Source: Chrysochromulina tobinii
Taxonomy: Eukaryota
Direction: 5' to 3'
Assembly: GCA_001275005.1 (NCBI GenBank)
Contig: JWZX01003315.1
Coordinates: 1 to 42,032 of the forward strand
DNA: 42,032 nucleotides
Shown: piece after piece, positions 1 to 12,501 of the stretch
Layout: each line of letters opens with the position of its first letter
How positions within the stretch are numbered: position 1 is the stretch's first letter
Notes under the pieces: model-generated
The model's database searches: none
Told to the model about the DNA's origin: nothing
What the model saw: the letters and a program-made list of their open reading frames with translations, nothing else
Made by a program: the position numbers and the translations under genes

Positions 1-173
1 TACATCGAGATACACCTCAAGATACGTATCTCGAGCCCTACTTGCGGCCGCGCTTGGATACCCCCAAACCCCCGAGATACGTGTCCCGGTAAAGGTGTTA
101 GCACGGGTTGTGTCGGCCACACCTCCGTCCATAGCGACAGTGGCCCTCGTGCTTGGGGGTCCGGAGCGTGTGC

Positions 174-226
174 GCGCGTTGTGTTGAACAGCAGCAGCAA
201 TTGCGCGTTGTGTTGAACAGCAGCAG
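174..226 (+). repeat. 24-bp direct repeat gcgcgttgtgttgaacagcagcag (174-197 and 203-226) upstream of first gene
   Basis: Two exact copies read directly from the sequence. Confidence 0.9.
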
Positions 227-264
227 GTGTGCCTCTGCGTTGCGGACCGGGCCGTTCGGAAACA

Positions 265-1047
265 ATGGGGATGGGAAAAACGGCGAGGGTCCATATCGTG
301 GGCGGCGACGAGGAGGCTCGAGCCCGCGATGACGCCATCGAAGAGGCCATCAAGGCCACCACCAAAAGCAAGTATCTGGCACAGGACAAGGAAGTCTCTT
401 TTTGGCAGGCTCACTGGCTCTTCCTGACCTTTGAATGGCTCAAACTCGGCGACAAGGTGCATACCACGGAAAGCGGCAACACGATCAAGGACAATTTCGT
501 CAACGTCGGTGTCGTCGCCGCACTTCTCTTCACCATGGTTACATTAGACGCGACGGCTGTCGGTCCAGAGATCGCGCAGTTCTCCTCTGGCATCGTGACC
601 GAGGAGACTAGCGGCAAGGTCTACGTGTTCATCAACTCTCTTGCAATGTGGTTCCTCTTTGGGGCGGTGCTCCACTCCATGTACCTGTACTGCCAACTCA
701 GCGAGCTCCAGACCTCCACCGAGGTCGGCTACTGGTCCGAGAGCATGGGATTCATCATGTTGAATTTCCACTTGTTCTACCTGGTTGTCGGTTTCGTCTT
801 GTACATCTTGGCCCAAGCGTGGCTCGTCCTGACGTATCTCGGCCTCATCGCGGGGTTCGTCTCCATCGGTATTGCGATCTTCTTCATGGCCGTTCCCCTG
901 GTCTACGCCTCGACCAAGAGCGTCCAGGCGATGTACAATGCCAGGCAGAAAATGGTGAAGGCCGAGGCAACGCTCGCGAAGCCCAAGGACTCGAGCGTTG
1001 AGGGAGGTGACCATGCTGTGCGACCGGAGATGGAGACGCCAACGTAG
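265..1047 (+). CDS. Multi-pass (about 4 TM) membrane protein of unknown function
   Basis: First ATG at 265 in ORF 229..1047; hydrophobic stretches VNVGVVAALLFTMV, VYVFINSLAMWFLFGAV, FYLVVGFVLYILAQAWL, IAGFVSIGIAIFFMAVP; strong GC3 bias. Confidence 0.75.
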   Translation: MGMGKTARVHIVGGDEEARARDDAIEEAIKATTKSKYLAQDKEVSFWQAHWLFLTFEWLKLGDKVHTTESGNTIKDNFVNVGVVAALLFTMVTLDATAVGPEIAQFSSGIVTEETSGKVYVFINSLAMWFLFGAVLHSMYLYCQLSELQTSTEVGYWSESMGFIMLNFHLFYLVVGFVLYILAQAWLVLTYLGLIAGFVSIGIAIFFMAVPLVYASTKSVQAMYNARQKMVKAEATLAKPKDSSVEGGDHAVRPEMETPT

Positions 1048-1429
1048 CCGTTGGCGAGGATAAGGCGCGTCGGGATGGACGCGAGAGCGAGAGACAGAGA
1101 GAGAGAGCCTGACCCTGAGCCTGTCGCTGACCCTTGGCCTATCTCAGCCCTCGTGACGGTGGAATGTGACTTCAAATCAAGGTGGAGCGGAATAGTGTGT
1201 AGAGGCCAGAAATAATGCGCCTCCCAGGTACCGGTACCCTATTACAGGTACCCTAATAGCAATGCCTAATAGGCCCGCGGCAACTTCTCTCTCTCACTTC
1301 ACAGACACGTCGCGCGCGGTCTCGATGAAAGGAGCGATGGTGACGCTGAGGTGCCCCACCTCGGAAGCCCAAACATGGTCAGGGGCCGAGTCTTCACGAC
1401 TTGACTTTGACTTCACAGACGGCTTCAAA

Positions 1430-2770
1430 ATGCCCCTCCTACTGCTCGTGCTCTCCATCGGGGTCGCGTCTCAAGCTGGAGTCTGCCCCGCGAACTGCGC
1501 TGAATGCCCGGGCAGCAGAGGCGGGTGCGCGCCGATTGAGGCCGGTATGGCAGTCGATTGCTGCGGCGATGGGACAGCGTGTGGCACAGGCTACACTTGT
1601 GGCCAGCATACCAGACCGGACACAATGGTCCCAGAGCCGGCTTGCATCGCGCGGACATGGGAGGCCAGCGCCGCCAACGACGATGATACGCCACTTCCAA
1701 TGGGCACGGCCGGCTGGCAGCCCCGCTACAACCTCTGCGACCCTCTATGGCCTGATGCAGAGTCGTGGTTGTTGTATCTCGACTTGGGCGACGGCTTGCG
1801 ATTTCCCTATTACAGCAACGTGGGGCCAATCGCGGGCGCGTTGGCAGGCGTCGAGCTCGCGCTGATCGCGCAGCACGGTGCCGGCCGTAACGCCGACGAC
1901 TACTTCTGCAGCGCGGCCAAGGCGGCCAACATGTCGAAGCTCGCAGGCCGCGTAGCCGTCTTTGCGCCGCGCTTCATGCAGAAGGAGGATAGCGCTCCGG
2001 TCGGCGTGGCTTGGTGGAACGAAAGCTACCCAAACGGCTGCTGGAGGTGCGGCGGGCAGAGCGATCCGTCCGCCTCCAGCTCCGGAGCCACCGTGTCCTC
2101 GTTTGAAATTCTCGATCGGATGGTGGGCGAGCTGCTGAGGACGGCGCGACGCCTGGGGGTGAGGAGCAGCCTGCGCGCGATCACGATCGCGGGTCACTCG
2201 AGTGGCGGCCAGATTGTGCAGCGGCACGCGATCTATTCTCACGTGGAGCCGCCCGACATAGCGTCTGCTGGCGTCCAACTGCGCCACGTACCTGCCAACC
2301 CCTCAAGCTACGCTTACCTCGATGCGAGGCGCTGGGTGCACAACTGGTCGGAGCTGCGAGTGCCTGATGACGCGATGATTGCCAGCTGCCCCACGTACAA
2401 CGCCTGGCACTTCGGGCTCGAGGGCGGGCTACCACCGTATGTGAACGGTACTCCCGGAGGCAACCGCGCCGCGATCGAGCGCTTCGGCAAGCGTGACGTC
2501 GTCTATCTGCAAGGGCACAACGACACGTGCCCGTGCAACCCTGGCGATGCGGGGTGCAGGTGTGACTCACACGATCTCGAGGTGACCTGTGCAGACGAGA
2601 TTGGAGGGCCGTTCCGACTCAAGCGTGGCCGGCTGTACTTTGAAGCGCTCCAAACAGTGTTCGGCACCAACGGCAGCACGCACGCGTTGTACGAGGTGGC
2701 GAATGTGGGGCACGACCACGCGATGATTTGGCAGAGCGATGTCGGCCTGCATGCGCTCTTTGACTTTTGA
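1430..2770 (+). CDS. Secreted alpha/beta-hydrolase-fold protein with Cys-rich N-terminus
   Basis: Signal peptide MPLLLLVLSIGVASQA from ATG 1430; oxyanion-type HGAGRN; nucleophile elbow GHSSGG; ANPSSY; C-terminal VGHD His motif. Confidence 0.75.
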   Translation: MPLLLLVLSIGVASQAGVCPANCAECPGSRGGCAPIEAGMAVDCCGDGTACGTGYTCGQHTRPDTMVPEPACIARTWEASAANDDDTPLPMGTAGWQPRYNLCDPLWPDAESWLLYLDLGDGLRFPYYSNVGPIAGALAGVELALIAQHGAGRNADDYFCSAAKAANMSKLAGRVAVFAPRFMQKEDSAPVGVAWWNESYPNGCWRCGGQSDPSASSSGATVSSFEILDRMVGELLRTARRLGVRSSLRAITIAGHSSGGQIVQRHAIYSHVEPPDIASAGVQLRHVPANPSSYAYLDARRWVHNWSELRVPDDAMIASCPTYNAWHFGLEGGLPPYVNGTPGGNRAAIERFGKRDVVYLQGHNDTCPCNPGDAGCRCDSHDLEVTCADEIGGPFRLKRGRLYFEALQTVFGTNGSTHALYEVANVGHDHAMIWQSDVGLHALFDF

Positions 2771-3116
2771 TGAGTCGCCGACGCGTGTTTCGTCTTTCAT
2801 TCTAAACAAGGAAACGGGCGAGTCAAACCATCCAAAATCCCACCCGGAGCTATCTCGAGGAGCTATCAGAACGTTCTGACGGATACATGCTGACGGTGAC
2901 GCGGATCGGCACGACTCGTATCGTTTACACCGCGCCGGCCCCGTGCCGACACGTTGTAGTACTGTACTACAAAACACACACACACACATTCAGCCACCCT
3001 TTGAACTTGCTCCGATGTGGCTAGCATGTCTCTGCTCGCACGAGCCAAGCCGTCCGACCCGTCGATTAATCTGTCGAGCCGCAGTGGATTCCTACAACGT
3101 CGCTTGGGCTCCATCT

Positions 3117-5837
3117 TCATGGCTGCATCTCTGGCCACGCACCAGCCCAAGACGATGTTGGCGCGGCGGCGCAAAAGCCGCCAGTGCGCATGACTGGAGG
3201 TGAGGTGGCCTGAGGGGGTGGCACCGGCGGCAGCTTGCTGGGGGAAGACGCTAACTTCGGGGGGGAGGAGGGCGCAAGTTTGGCGGGCCTGCCGAAAAGC
3301 TCTGCGAAGAGATTGGCCGAACTTTTTTCCTCTGCCTCCTCCTGGTCCTCTTCGTCCTCCTCGTCCTCGTCCTCCTCGTCCTGGTACTCTTCCTCCTCTT
3401 CAGACTCGTCGTCCGTCTCGTACCCTGTCGGCTTCATGCCCACTTTGAAGCCCATGTCGATCGGCGTGACGCACCGTGGGCGAAGGACGGTCGGCGTCGT
3501 CGGAAGGCCGAGCAATGGACCGACCCTCGCCGGCAGCCCGCCATCTCCCCCGAGTCGAGGGGTCACCTGTCCCGGCCGAGCGGACGGGGGAAGCTCACGC
3601 GCGAGCTCATCGCGCAGCGCCTCCTTCTCGGCCTCCTTCGACGCCATCGCAAAAGCCGCGGCAAAGGCCGCGGCACCCGCCGGGACCTCATCCTCCTCAT
3701 CCTCTTCGTCGGATGCAACACCCCTAGCAGCCTCGGCCGCAGCCTTCTCGGCAACAGCCTTCTCGGCCTCAGCCTCCTCGGCCGCAGCCGTCTCGGCCGC
3801 CGCCTTCTCGGCCGCCACTGCCTCATCAACTGCTGCCACCGCGACCTCCTCAACTGGATAAACAATGGGAGCCGCCCGCGATGCGGCGCCGAGAGCCACG
3901 GAATTAACGGAACTGGGAACCACCAACACTGCCGCTTTCAGCGCGCGCTGTGAACGCTCCTTGAACCGGACGAGCTCCGACTGCCTCTTCTTCGCCGCAA
4001 ACGTGGCCCACTCGATCTGAATCACAAGGGCGGCGTGAGCCTCACGATGCTCGAGGCGCAGCGCGAGCTTCTGCCGAGCGAGCCCCTGCAAAGTGGACGC
4101 GAGTCGCGAGGCCGAGGTGACCATGCTGAGCCGCTGCCGCTTGAGCTCGGCTCCGCCCTTGCGTTCCTTGGCCGGCGTGATGCACAGAGCACCTCCCTTG
4201 ACGTCGCAGACGGCGGCGACGTGGTGGGGCAAGCCGCGCAGCACGAGCGCGTCGCCCACAAGGAGCTTCATAGCATTGAGTGCGCTTTGATTCTTGACGG
4301 GTACCGTTCGCTTGTTGACGGTCGTGCGCACGACCGTGACCGACTTTGGCAGCGCGAGCTGCCCGACAGTCATGTTATTCACACGCTTGTCGACCGTCGC
4401 AGTCATCTCCAACGCCCCTGTGCTCAGCACTCCCAAGGGAGAGAGAGGGAGAGCTGGCTTGCGCTTCTTCGCCTCCGGCGCCGCACCGAGGTACCGGTTG
4501 ATGCTCGCCGTGTGCGCTTTGCTCGTGGCCGCCTGCGTGGTGTAGCGCAAGCTCAGGCCCGGATGCGAAGTCGCCCACGCGCGCTGCGCCGCCAGGCTCT
4601 CAATCGCATCCTCTGCGGCCGTAGGCTCGAAGCATGCTTTGGTGCAGATTGGCTCGTTGTGTACAGCTGCGAGCAATGCAGCCATCAGCCGCCGCGAGCG
4701 CAGCTTGGCCGCCCGCTGCGTGGCTCGGTGTGCCTCTAGCATCGGCTTCGTCTCGCGGCGCTGCAGCTGGCCACGCCGCACGCACTGCAGTCGGCGTGCA
4801 GCATCATGAATACGCCGCTTGGCCCGTATGCTTTCCATCTTGTGACGCACGACGGGAACAAGAGCCTTCTTGAGAGTTTCGGCCGCGCAGATGAGGGCTT
4901 GGCGCTCCCGTTGGATCTCTTTCGTGATCTTGTCGCGATCGTGCCGCGGAGCGAGCACGAGCTTCTTCGACTTTTCCACCGCCACGGCCGCAAGCTGGTA
5001 TGGCAGGCCTTTGAGGACAAGCTCGTCACCCATCTCCACCTTGGTCGAGGGCAGCGTGCCCACGTTGGTTTTATTGCTCTTGGGACGGCGCACGGCTACG
5101 AGCGTCACGTTGCGTGAGAGCTGCAGCGCCGAGACCGTCGAATGGTCGTGAGCCGCGTCGACTTGCACCACAAGCTCCACCGGCTTCTCATGATAGAGTA
5201 GCTCCGCGGGGGATCTGTTCCAGCCAAATGTCTTGTTTACGCGAATCGCGTACGACGCGGCGGCGAGCCCACGTGCCCTAGGATCCAGCATGCGCAAGAG
5301 GAGCTTGTTGGCCCCGGCCGATACATCCGCCTTGAGAATTGCGTCGCCAACGACTTTCTTGAATGATCCTTCGGACGAGGTAGCTCCTCCAGCACCCTTC
5401 TTGAATGATTCGGCCTCCGTCGGCTTCGATGTCGGCGGCCTTCGCGGCGAAGGCGCCTTTCCTTTTGGCGCCTTTGCTGGCGTGCTTTTGGCCTGCTGCG
5501 ATCCACCCTGCGCAGCCGTGGTTCCACTCGTCGTCGGCGCCTCCCCTTTTCCAGCATTCGCTCCCGTCGGCCGTGCTGGTGCGGCTTCCTCCGTCGGCTT
5601 CGATGTCGGCGGCCTTCGCGGCGAAGGCGCCTTTGCCTTTGGCGCCTTTGCTGGCGAGCTTTTGGCCTGCGATCCACCCTGCGCAGCGGTGCCACTCAGC
5701 GCCTTTCTCCCTGGTGACGCTCGGCCCACCTCATCCTTCTTTGATGGCGTTTGAGGCTTTGCGGGCGACTTGAATCGACTGGGAGCTTTAGCAGGTGAGG
5801 CATTCTGCTCCTTATGCGGCTTTTGTGCCGGCGGCAT
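3117..5837 (-). CDS. About 906-aa protein with Pro/Lys/Ser-rich N-terminus, two TrkA-C (RCK_C)-like modules, IQ-like motifs and acidic tail
   Basis: Likely start MPPAQK at 5837; two similar modules ...TVSALQLSRNVTLVAVRR...GDELVLKGLPYQL and ...TVGQLALPKSVTVV...GDALVLRGLPHHV; AARRLQCVRRGQLQRR. Confidence 0.65.
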   Translation of the reverse strand: MPPAQKPHKEQNASPAKAPSRFKSPAKPQTPSKKDEVGRASPGRKALSGTAAQGGSQAKSSPAKAPKAKAPSPRRPPTSKPTEEAAPARPTGANAGKGEAPTTSGTTAAQGGSQQAKSTPAKAPKGKAPSPRRPPTSKPTEAESFKKGAGGATSSEGSFKKVVGDAILKADVSAGANKLLLRMLDPRARGLAAASYAIRVNKTFGWNRSPAELLYHEKPVELVVQVDAAHDHSTVSALQLSRNVTLVAVRRPKSNKTNVGTLPSTKVEMGDELVLKGLPYQLAAVAVEKSKKLVLAPRHDRDKITKEIQRERQALICAAETLKKALVPVVRHKMESIRAKRRIHDAARRLQCVRRGQLQRRETKPMLEAHRATQRAAKLRSRRLMAALLAAVHNEPICTKACFEPTAAEDAIESLAAQRAWATSHPGLSLRYTTQAATSKAHTASINRYLGAAPEAKKRKPALPLSPLGVLSTGALEMTATVDKRVNNMTVGQLALPKSVTVVRTTVNKRTVPVKNQSALNAMKLLVGDALVLRGLPHHVAAVCDVKGGALCITPAKERKGGAELKRQRLSMVTSASRLASTLQGLARQKLALRLEHREAHAALVIQIEWATFAAKKRQSELVRFKERSQRALKAAVLVVPSSVNSVALGAASRAAPIVYPVEEVAVAAVDEAVAAEKAAAETAAAEEAEAEKAVAEKAAAEAARGVASDEEDEEDEVPAGAAAFAAAFAMASKEAEKEALRDELARELPPSARPGQVTPRLGGDGGLPARVGPLLGLPTTPTVLRPRCVTPIDMGFKVGMKPTGYETDDESEEEEEYQDEEDEDEEDEEDQEEAEEKSSANLFAELFGRPAKLAPSSPPKLASSPSKLPPVPPPQATSPPVMRTGGFCAAAPTSSWAGAWPEMQP
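5411..5690 (-). repeat. Imperfect internal duplication (about 105 bp, two copies) encoding TAAQGGS(Q)QAKS.PAKAPK.KAPSPRRPPTSKPTE
   Basis: Copies at about 5411-5519 and 5585-5690, visible in DNA and protein. Confidence 0.85.
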
Positions 5838-6049
5838 GGTCGCGTCTGGATTGGACGGTCGTCGCACTGCCCCTCCAGTAGCGCGTGCAACGCCGCCCCT
5901 TTCACTTTTGGAAAGCCGAGCACGAGGCTGGCTGCTCAGCACAACGAGTTTTGTAAAACTGAGGGCCATATCCACGTTAGATGACCGGGTGACCCAAGCA
6001 ACCTGGCTTATTACCAGGCCGTTACTCGACACTTTGAGTTCATGAAAAA

Positions 6050-8065
6050 ATGCCCGTGACGGCGCCTGCGATGGCGACGACGACGCCGACGGCCACGGCC
6101 ACGGAGACTCACAACTTCGACGTGGTAGTGATAGGAGCAGGCTTTGTGGGCGTCTCAGTCGGCGCCGGCCTCGCAAGCCACGCAGGGGCATGCCGCGACA
6201 ACGACGGCCTGGACCACAGCCGCGTGCAAATCATCGAGCAGGGCCCAGAGTGCGGGGCATTCTGGCTCGGCGGGCACGAGGCGTTGTCGCTGCACAGTCC
6301 GCACCACCGCCTGCCGCACGACGGTGGGCTAGCGTACGACTACCCGATGTTCAAGACTAAGCACGAGGTGCGTGACTACATGAACCGGTATGCCCAGAAC
6401 AAGGGACTCGCACAATGCATGTCCTTTGGCGAGACGGTGCTGCGCATAAGCCACGAGCCCGAAGTCGACAAGGACCGGCCGTGGCGCGTCGCTACTGACA
6501 AGCGCGAACTCCGAGCGCGGCGCGTCGTCGTGGCCACGGGGCTCAACCGGCAGCCCCATATTCCCCACATCCCAGGCAGCGAGGAGCGTGCCGCACACGG
6601 CGCGCGCGCCTTGCGGCATTCGTGGAGCGTGTCGAGCTGCGACGAGTACAAAGGCGAGCGCGTGCTGCTCGTGGGGAGCGGCAACTCCGCGGCCGAACTC
6701 GCCGTGGCGCTGCACCATTCGGGCGCCAAGTCGATCGACATTCTGGTGGACGGGCCGCGCCACTTTGTGAGACGCAGCACGATGGGGCAGATCTTTCGTC
6801 TCTTTCCGTACTTGAGCCTGTCGACGGAGAGCATGGTGCACGATCTGCACCGGTGCACATTTGGCGAGCACACGGCGGATGCCAAGGTGGTCACCGCATG
6901 GGAGCGCTTCCAGGAGGGGCAAGATGAGTTCATAAGGCTTCTTTCCGTCGATCTCGGCCCCTTCGGTATCCAGCGGCCACCGAGCTGGCGGCACGCCGAG
7001 CAGCAGAGCGTCGCTCCTCGCATCCCCGTGTACGACGTGGACCAGCAGCGGTTGCCGCGCTCTGCCGGAGAGGGCGGCATCGTCGGCGGATCCGCAGCAG
7101 TTGGCTACGGCGTCATCGACCTCATTATGAGCGGTGCTGTCGGCATCAAGCGAGGACGCATCCAGCGCTTCACGAGCACCGGCGTCGTCATCGAGGAGGG
7201 GGCCTCGCGTCACGTGACAGCGCGGGCGGGAGCCACCAAAAGTTTGACAGCGGAGGCTGCAACGATGAAGGCGGCGACGGCGGAGGCTGCGACGGCGGAG
7301 GCTGCGACGGCGGAGGCTGCGACGGCGGAGGCTGCGACGACGGCCCCGCCGGGAGGGACGCACCACGCCTACGACGCAGTCATTCTCGCGACCGGCTTTC
7401 GCCACCGCATGGCCGACTTTCTGTGCGCTAAGGACGGGTTGCTTCACACGGCCGCCTCCTTTGGTGCCGCGGACGACGCCGAGGGTGCTCCGATCATCGA
7501 CAGCTGCTCGCGCTCGCGCGTGATCGACTCCATCTACTTTGTGGGCATGGACCAATTCAGGTCGACGGCCTCTCTCGATTGGCCTCCCTGATGACCTCCC
7601 TGATGACCTCTGATTGCCCCCTCTGATTGCCCCCCCCGCTTCAGGTCGACTCTCTCGATTGGCCTCCCTGATGACCTCCTTGATGACCTCTGATTGCCCC
7701 CTCTGATTGCCCCCCCCCGCTTCAGGTCGACTCTCTCGATTGGGCCCGTGCTCGGGTATCGTGGTTACGACGTCGGCGCGGCGATCGCGACCGATTTGTA
7801 CGGTCCGCCCACGAACCCGCTGCGTTTCCCCTCCCTACCGGCCGACGAGCAAGAAGGGAGCAACCCGATCCTGACGCCGAAGCACGCGCTCAAGGTCCTT
7901 GCGGCTGGGGTACTTGTGGGGATAGCTGGCACCCTCGTGATGGGGGCGCTCAAGCGGAAGCCGCGGCCGACAGCTCTGTCAGCCGCCCGAGGCCGCACGG
8001 TCCTCGAGAGCAGGCTAGCCCGCTTCAGCACCGAAGAGCGGCCTCTGACGAAGCCGAGGCCGTAG
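6050..8065 (+). CDS. Class B flavin-containing monooxygenase (FMO/YUCCA-like) with C-terminal membrane anchor; exons 6050-7560 and 7726-8065 (616 aa)
   Basis: FAD motif VIGAGFVG, VVATG, NADPH motif LVGSGNSA, ILATGF; splicing 7561-7725 joins DQFR-STLSIGPVLG in frame; hydrophobic ALKVLAAGVLVGIAGTLVMGAL followed by KRKPR. Confidence 0.85.
7561..7725 (+). other. Spliceosomal intron (165 bp) made of two tandem GT-AG units, 7561-7644 and 7645-7725
   Basis: GT...AG ends, in-frame stop at 7589-7591, removal restores the frame; each unit starts with a copy of the downstream exon start and ends ttcag. Confidence 0.85.
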
Positions 8066-8309
8066 TAAAAGTAGCAGGAGCAAGACGAGAGCCTGTGCTC
8101 CTCTATGATCAACCCAGCAAGAGACTCTGTGCTCTGTGCGCTGCCTCGTCCGGTGAACGCACTTGAGAATCGGAGAGAAAACAAGGTTGCACGCTTCGCA
8201 CTAACTGTACGTTCTTTTTTACAAATGTACTCAAATCATCTTCTTGACGCATGCAATGATTTTTCCTCACATGAAACTTGCATAAACGGGGAAAGCTCAA
8301 GTTCTTGAA

Positions 8310-9371
8310 ATGCTGCTCAGCAAATGCGCCGTGCTTTTGCACAGCAGCGATCGCAATGAGAGCCGGCCCTTTTGGCGCCCGATCTTGGTGACACTGGATC
8401 GTCACTTCCCGCCCGGTCTGTGCGATCTTCACTTTTCGTATGGCGTCGCAGACGCTGAGGCGCACGCTGCTCTCGATGGGCTTCAGCAGCCGTTTACACT
8501 CATCCGTCGCGGCGATGGCGACCAGCTCCTTGGATGGAGCGGAGCACTGCTCAAAGATCTCGAACGGCTTACGGCTTACACCTGGATTTTCCATCTGATG
8601 GACGACGCCATCATCCCCGATCCCATCTCAAGGTTTTCGATCTCCGCAGTGCTCGATGTTGCCCGGAGACGCAACGCGTCCACCATCGCGTTAAACTACC
8701 GAGCCATCTATTACTGGCTCCGCCACACAGTCCTTCACCCTCAAGGTGCCACAGACCATGTGCAGCTTTTCCCACTGGCCTTGGTGACCAGCTCCGAGGT
8801 TGCCTCCGCGCCCGGCGTCAACTCCACACTCAACTTTTATCTTGCCCACCTGGGAAAGTTTACCTTCTCGCGATTCGTGGTCCAGCAGAACTTTGCGCTC
8901 TGGCGACGCGACGCGCTTGCCTGGACACTCCGCGACGCAGGCCCCCAGTCCAACCCACATGAGTGGGAAGCCCGCTTCGCCAACTATGCGAACCTCATCA
9001 GATGGCCTGGAGCCTCACAGGCCCTCGCTGTCTGGTTTCGAGGGCCTGACGGCATGCTGGGCGTCGAGGACACGAGCAGCCTCGGCCGAATCAAGGGCGG
9101 ATTCCCGGCGTGCGCCTGGCTCCGTGCAGCCTCGCGCGTCGGCCTGTCACCCGACTCGGTCCCGGGCGGCAAGGAAGCTGCCTCGCAAACCGGCTACAGG
9201 TTTTGCTACGCGGACGGCTTGCACGGGCTTGGAGCCCAGTTTCTGACGGCAGTGGCCTTGCAGCCAGGGCGCTGCGGCTGCGTGCACGACCACAGGGCCG
9301 TTTCGTCCAGCACTTGTTCTTGCCATGATGCTGGCCTGGAACTGTTGAGATACAACTCGAGCAGTCTATAG
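8310..9371 (+). CDS. Putative GT-A-fold glycosyltransferase-like protein
   Basis: 353-aa ORF; VLLHSSDR...FW, WSGALL...L, hydrophobic strand plus acidic pair IFHLMDD, LWRRDAL...PHEWE; pattern-level resemblance only. Confidence 0.5.
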   Translation: MLLSKCAVLLHSSDRNESRPFWRPILVTLDRHFPPGLCDLHFSYGVADAEAHAALDGLQQPFTLIRRGDGDQLLGWSGALLKDLERLTAYTWIFHLMDDAIIPDPISRFSISAVLDVARRRNASTIALNYRAIYYWLRHTVLHPQGATDHVQLFPLALVTSSEVASAPGVNSTLNFYLAHLGKFTFSRFVVQQNFALWRRDALAWTLRDAGPQSNPHEWEARFANYANLIRWPGASQALAVWFRGPDGMLGVEDTSSLGRIKGGFPACAWLRAASRVGLSPDSVPGGKEAASQTGYRFCYADGLHGLGAQFLTAVALQPGRCGCVHDHRAVSSSTCSCHDAGLELLRYNSSSL

Positions 9372-9643
9372 CGCATGGATCCGTCGTCCAAACGAGCCTT
9401 CGTGCTGCTCGTCCACCGCAGAGAGCGGTCGACCGTCCCGGCACGGTGAAGCACGGTGGTTGTGGTCGTCTAGGCTCTAGCTGCGCGATGAGGGTTGAGG
9501 CGACCTGACAGGGTCCGGCGCTGTAACATCGGTGTACCGTACTGTACCCGAGCTGTGCGCGGGTGATGACCTTTGGCCCGTTATTTTTAAGAACGTTGAA
9601 CAGGGTCTAGACAGTTTACCTTTTGTATAGTACTCCATACTGA

Positions 9644-11854
<2,211 letters not shown>

Positions 11855-11855
11855 C

Positions 11856-12035
11856 TACCGGTAACGCGTGTCCCGTGAACGTTAACACGACAGACGCGAC
11901 AACCGTGCTACGGCACTGTTACTGCCCGCTCAAAATACACACCGTGTGAACGTTAACACGACAGACACGACAACCGTGTGTGTCCCGTGTGTGTCCCGTG
12001 TGTGTCCCGGCTCCCCCCGGTGTCTTACCGGTAAC
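11856..12035. mobile_element. Small non-coding repeat element (MITE-like candidate) bounded by taccggtaac, with a 33-bp internal direct repeat and gtgtgtcccg tandem array
   Basis: taccggtaac at 11856-11865 and 12026-12035; gtgaacgttaacacgacagacRcgacaaccgtg at 11875-11907 and 11946-11978; 3' end recurs at about 35665-35720. Confidence 0.5.
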
Positions 12036-12501
12036 AACATTCACAGCTCACCACCGAACACGACACGTACAACAATTTTTCTCCCTCCCTAGCCGAGCAC
12101 GCCACATCATACACACAAGTTCCACAGCAAACGACCGTCGCGCACATGGGCCACATCCACGCGTCATCACCGAAGCCACGAGCCCTCTATACCTGCCTGC
12201 CTGCCTACCTGCCACACTGCGCCCCTGTTGCTCTTCCCGAAATGCACCGTTCGACGCGAAGAGTCGTGTCCACTCGAACGCGGCGCGAGAACGCGGCAAG
12301 GGTCGTAAAACTGTCGTAAAAGCTGCGACCACTTGCCAAAAATGGTCTCTTGCTGGCATTGGTCATGCCGTCCCCCCGTCCCATGCCTTGTCCATTTCAC
12401 TTCCCACATCTCCCTGCGCTGGTTGGCGCAAGCCTCTCATCTCTCAAGGTTTCAGGACGGAGTGCATGCAGAGCATGTCCATTCGACACGTCCGTCGGAG
12501 A

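Noticed and set aside
1..120. Repeated gagatac/gatacgtatc motifs at the window start, possibly a mobile-element end
   Set aside because: Truncated by the window edge; only a weak link to the 11856 element, so boundaries cannot be defined.
5838..6191. Apparent overlap of the 1024-aa minus ORF with the FMO start
   Set aside because: The ORF track starts at a non-ATG codon; a plausible ATG at 5837 leaves an ordinary short divergent intergenic region.
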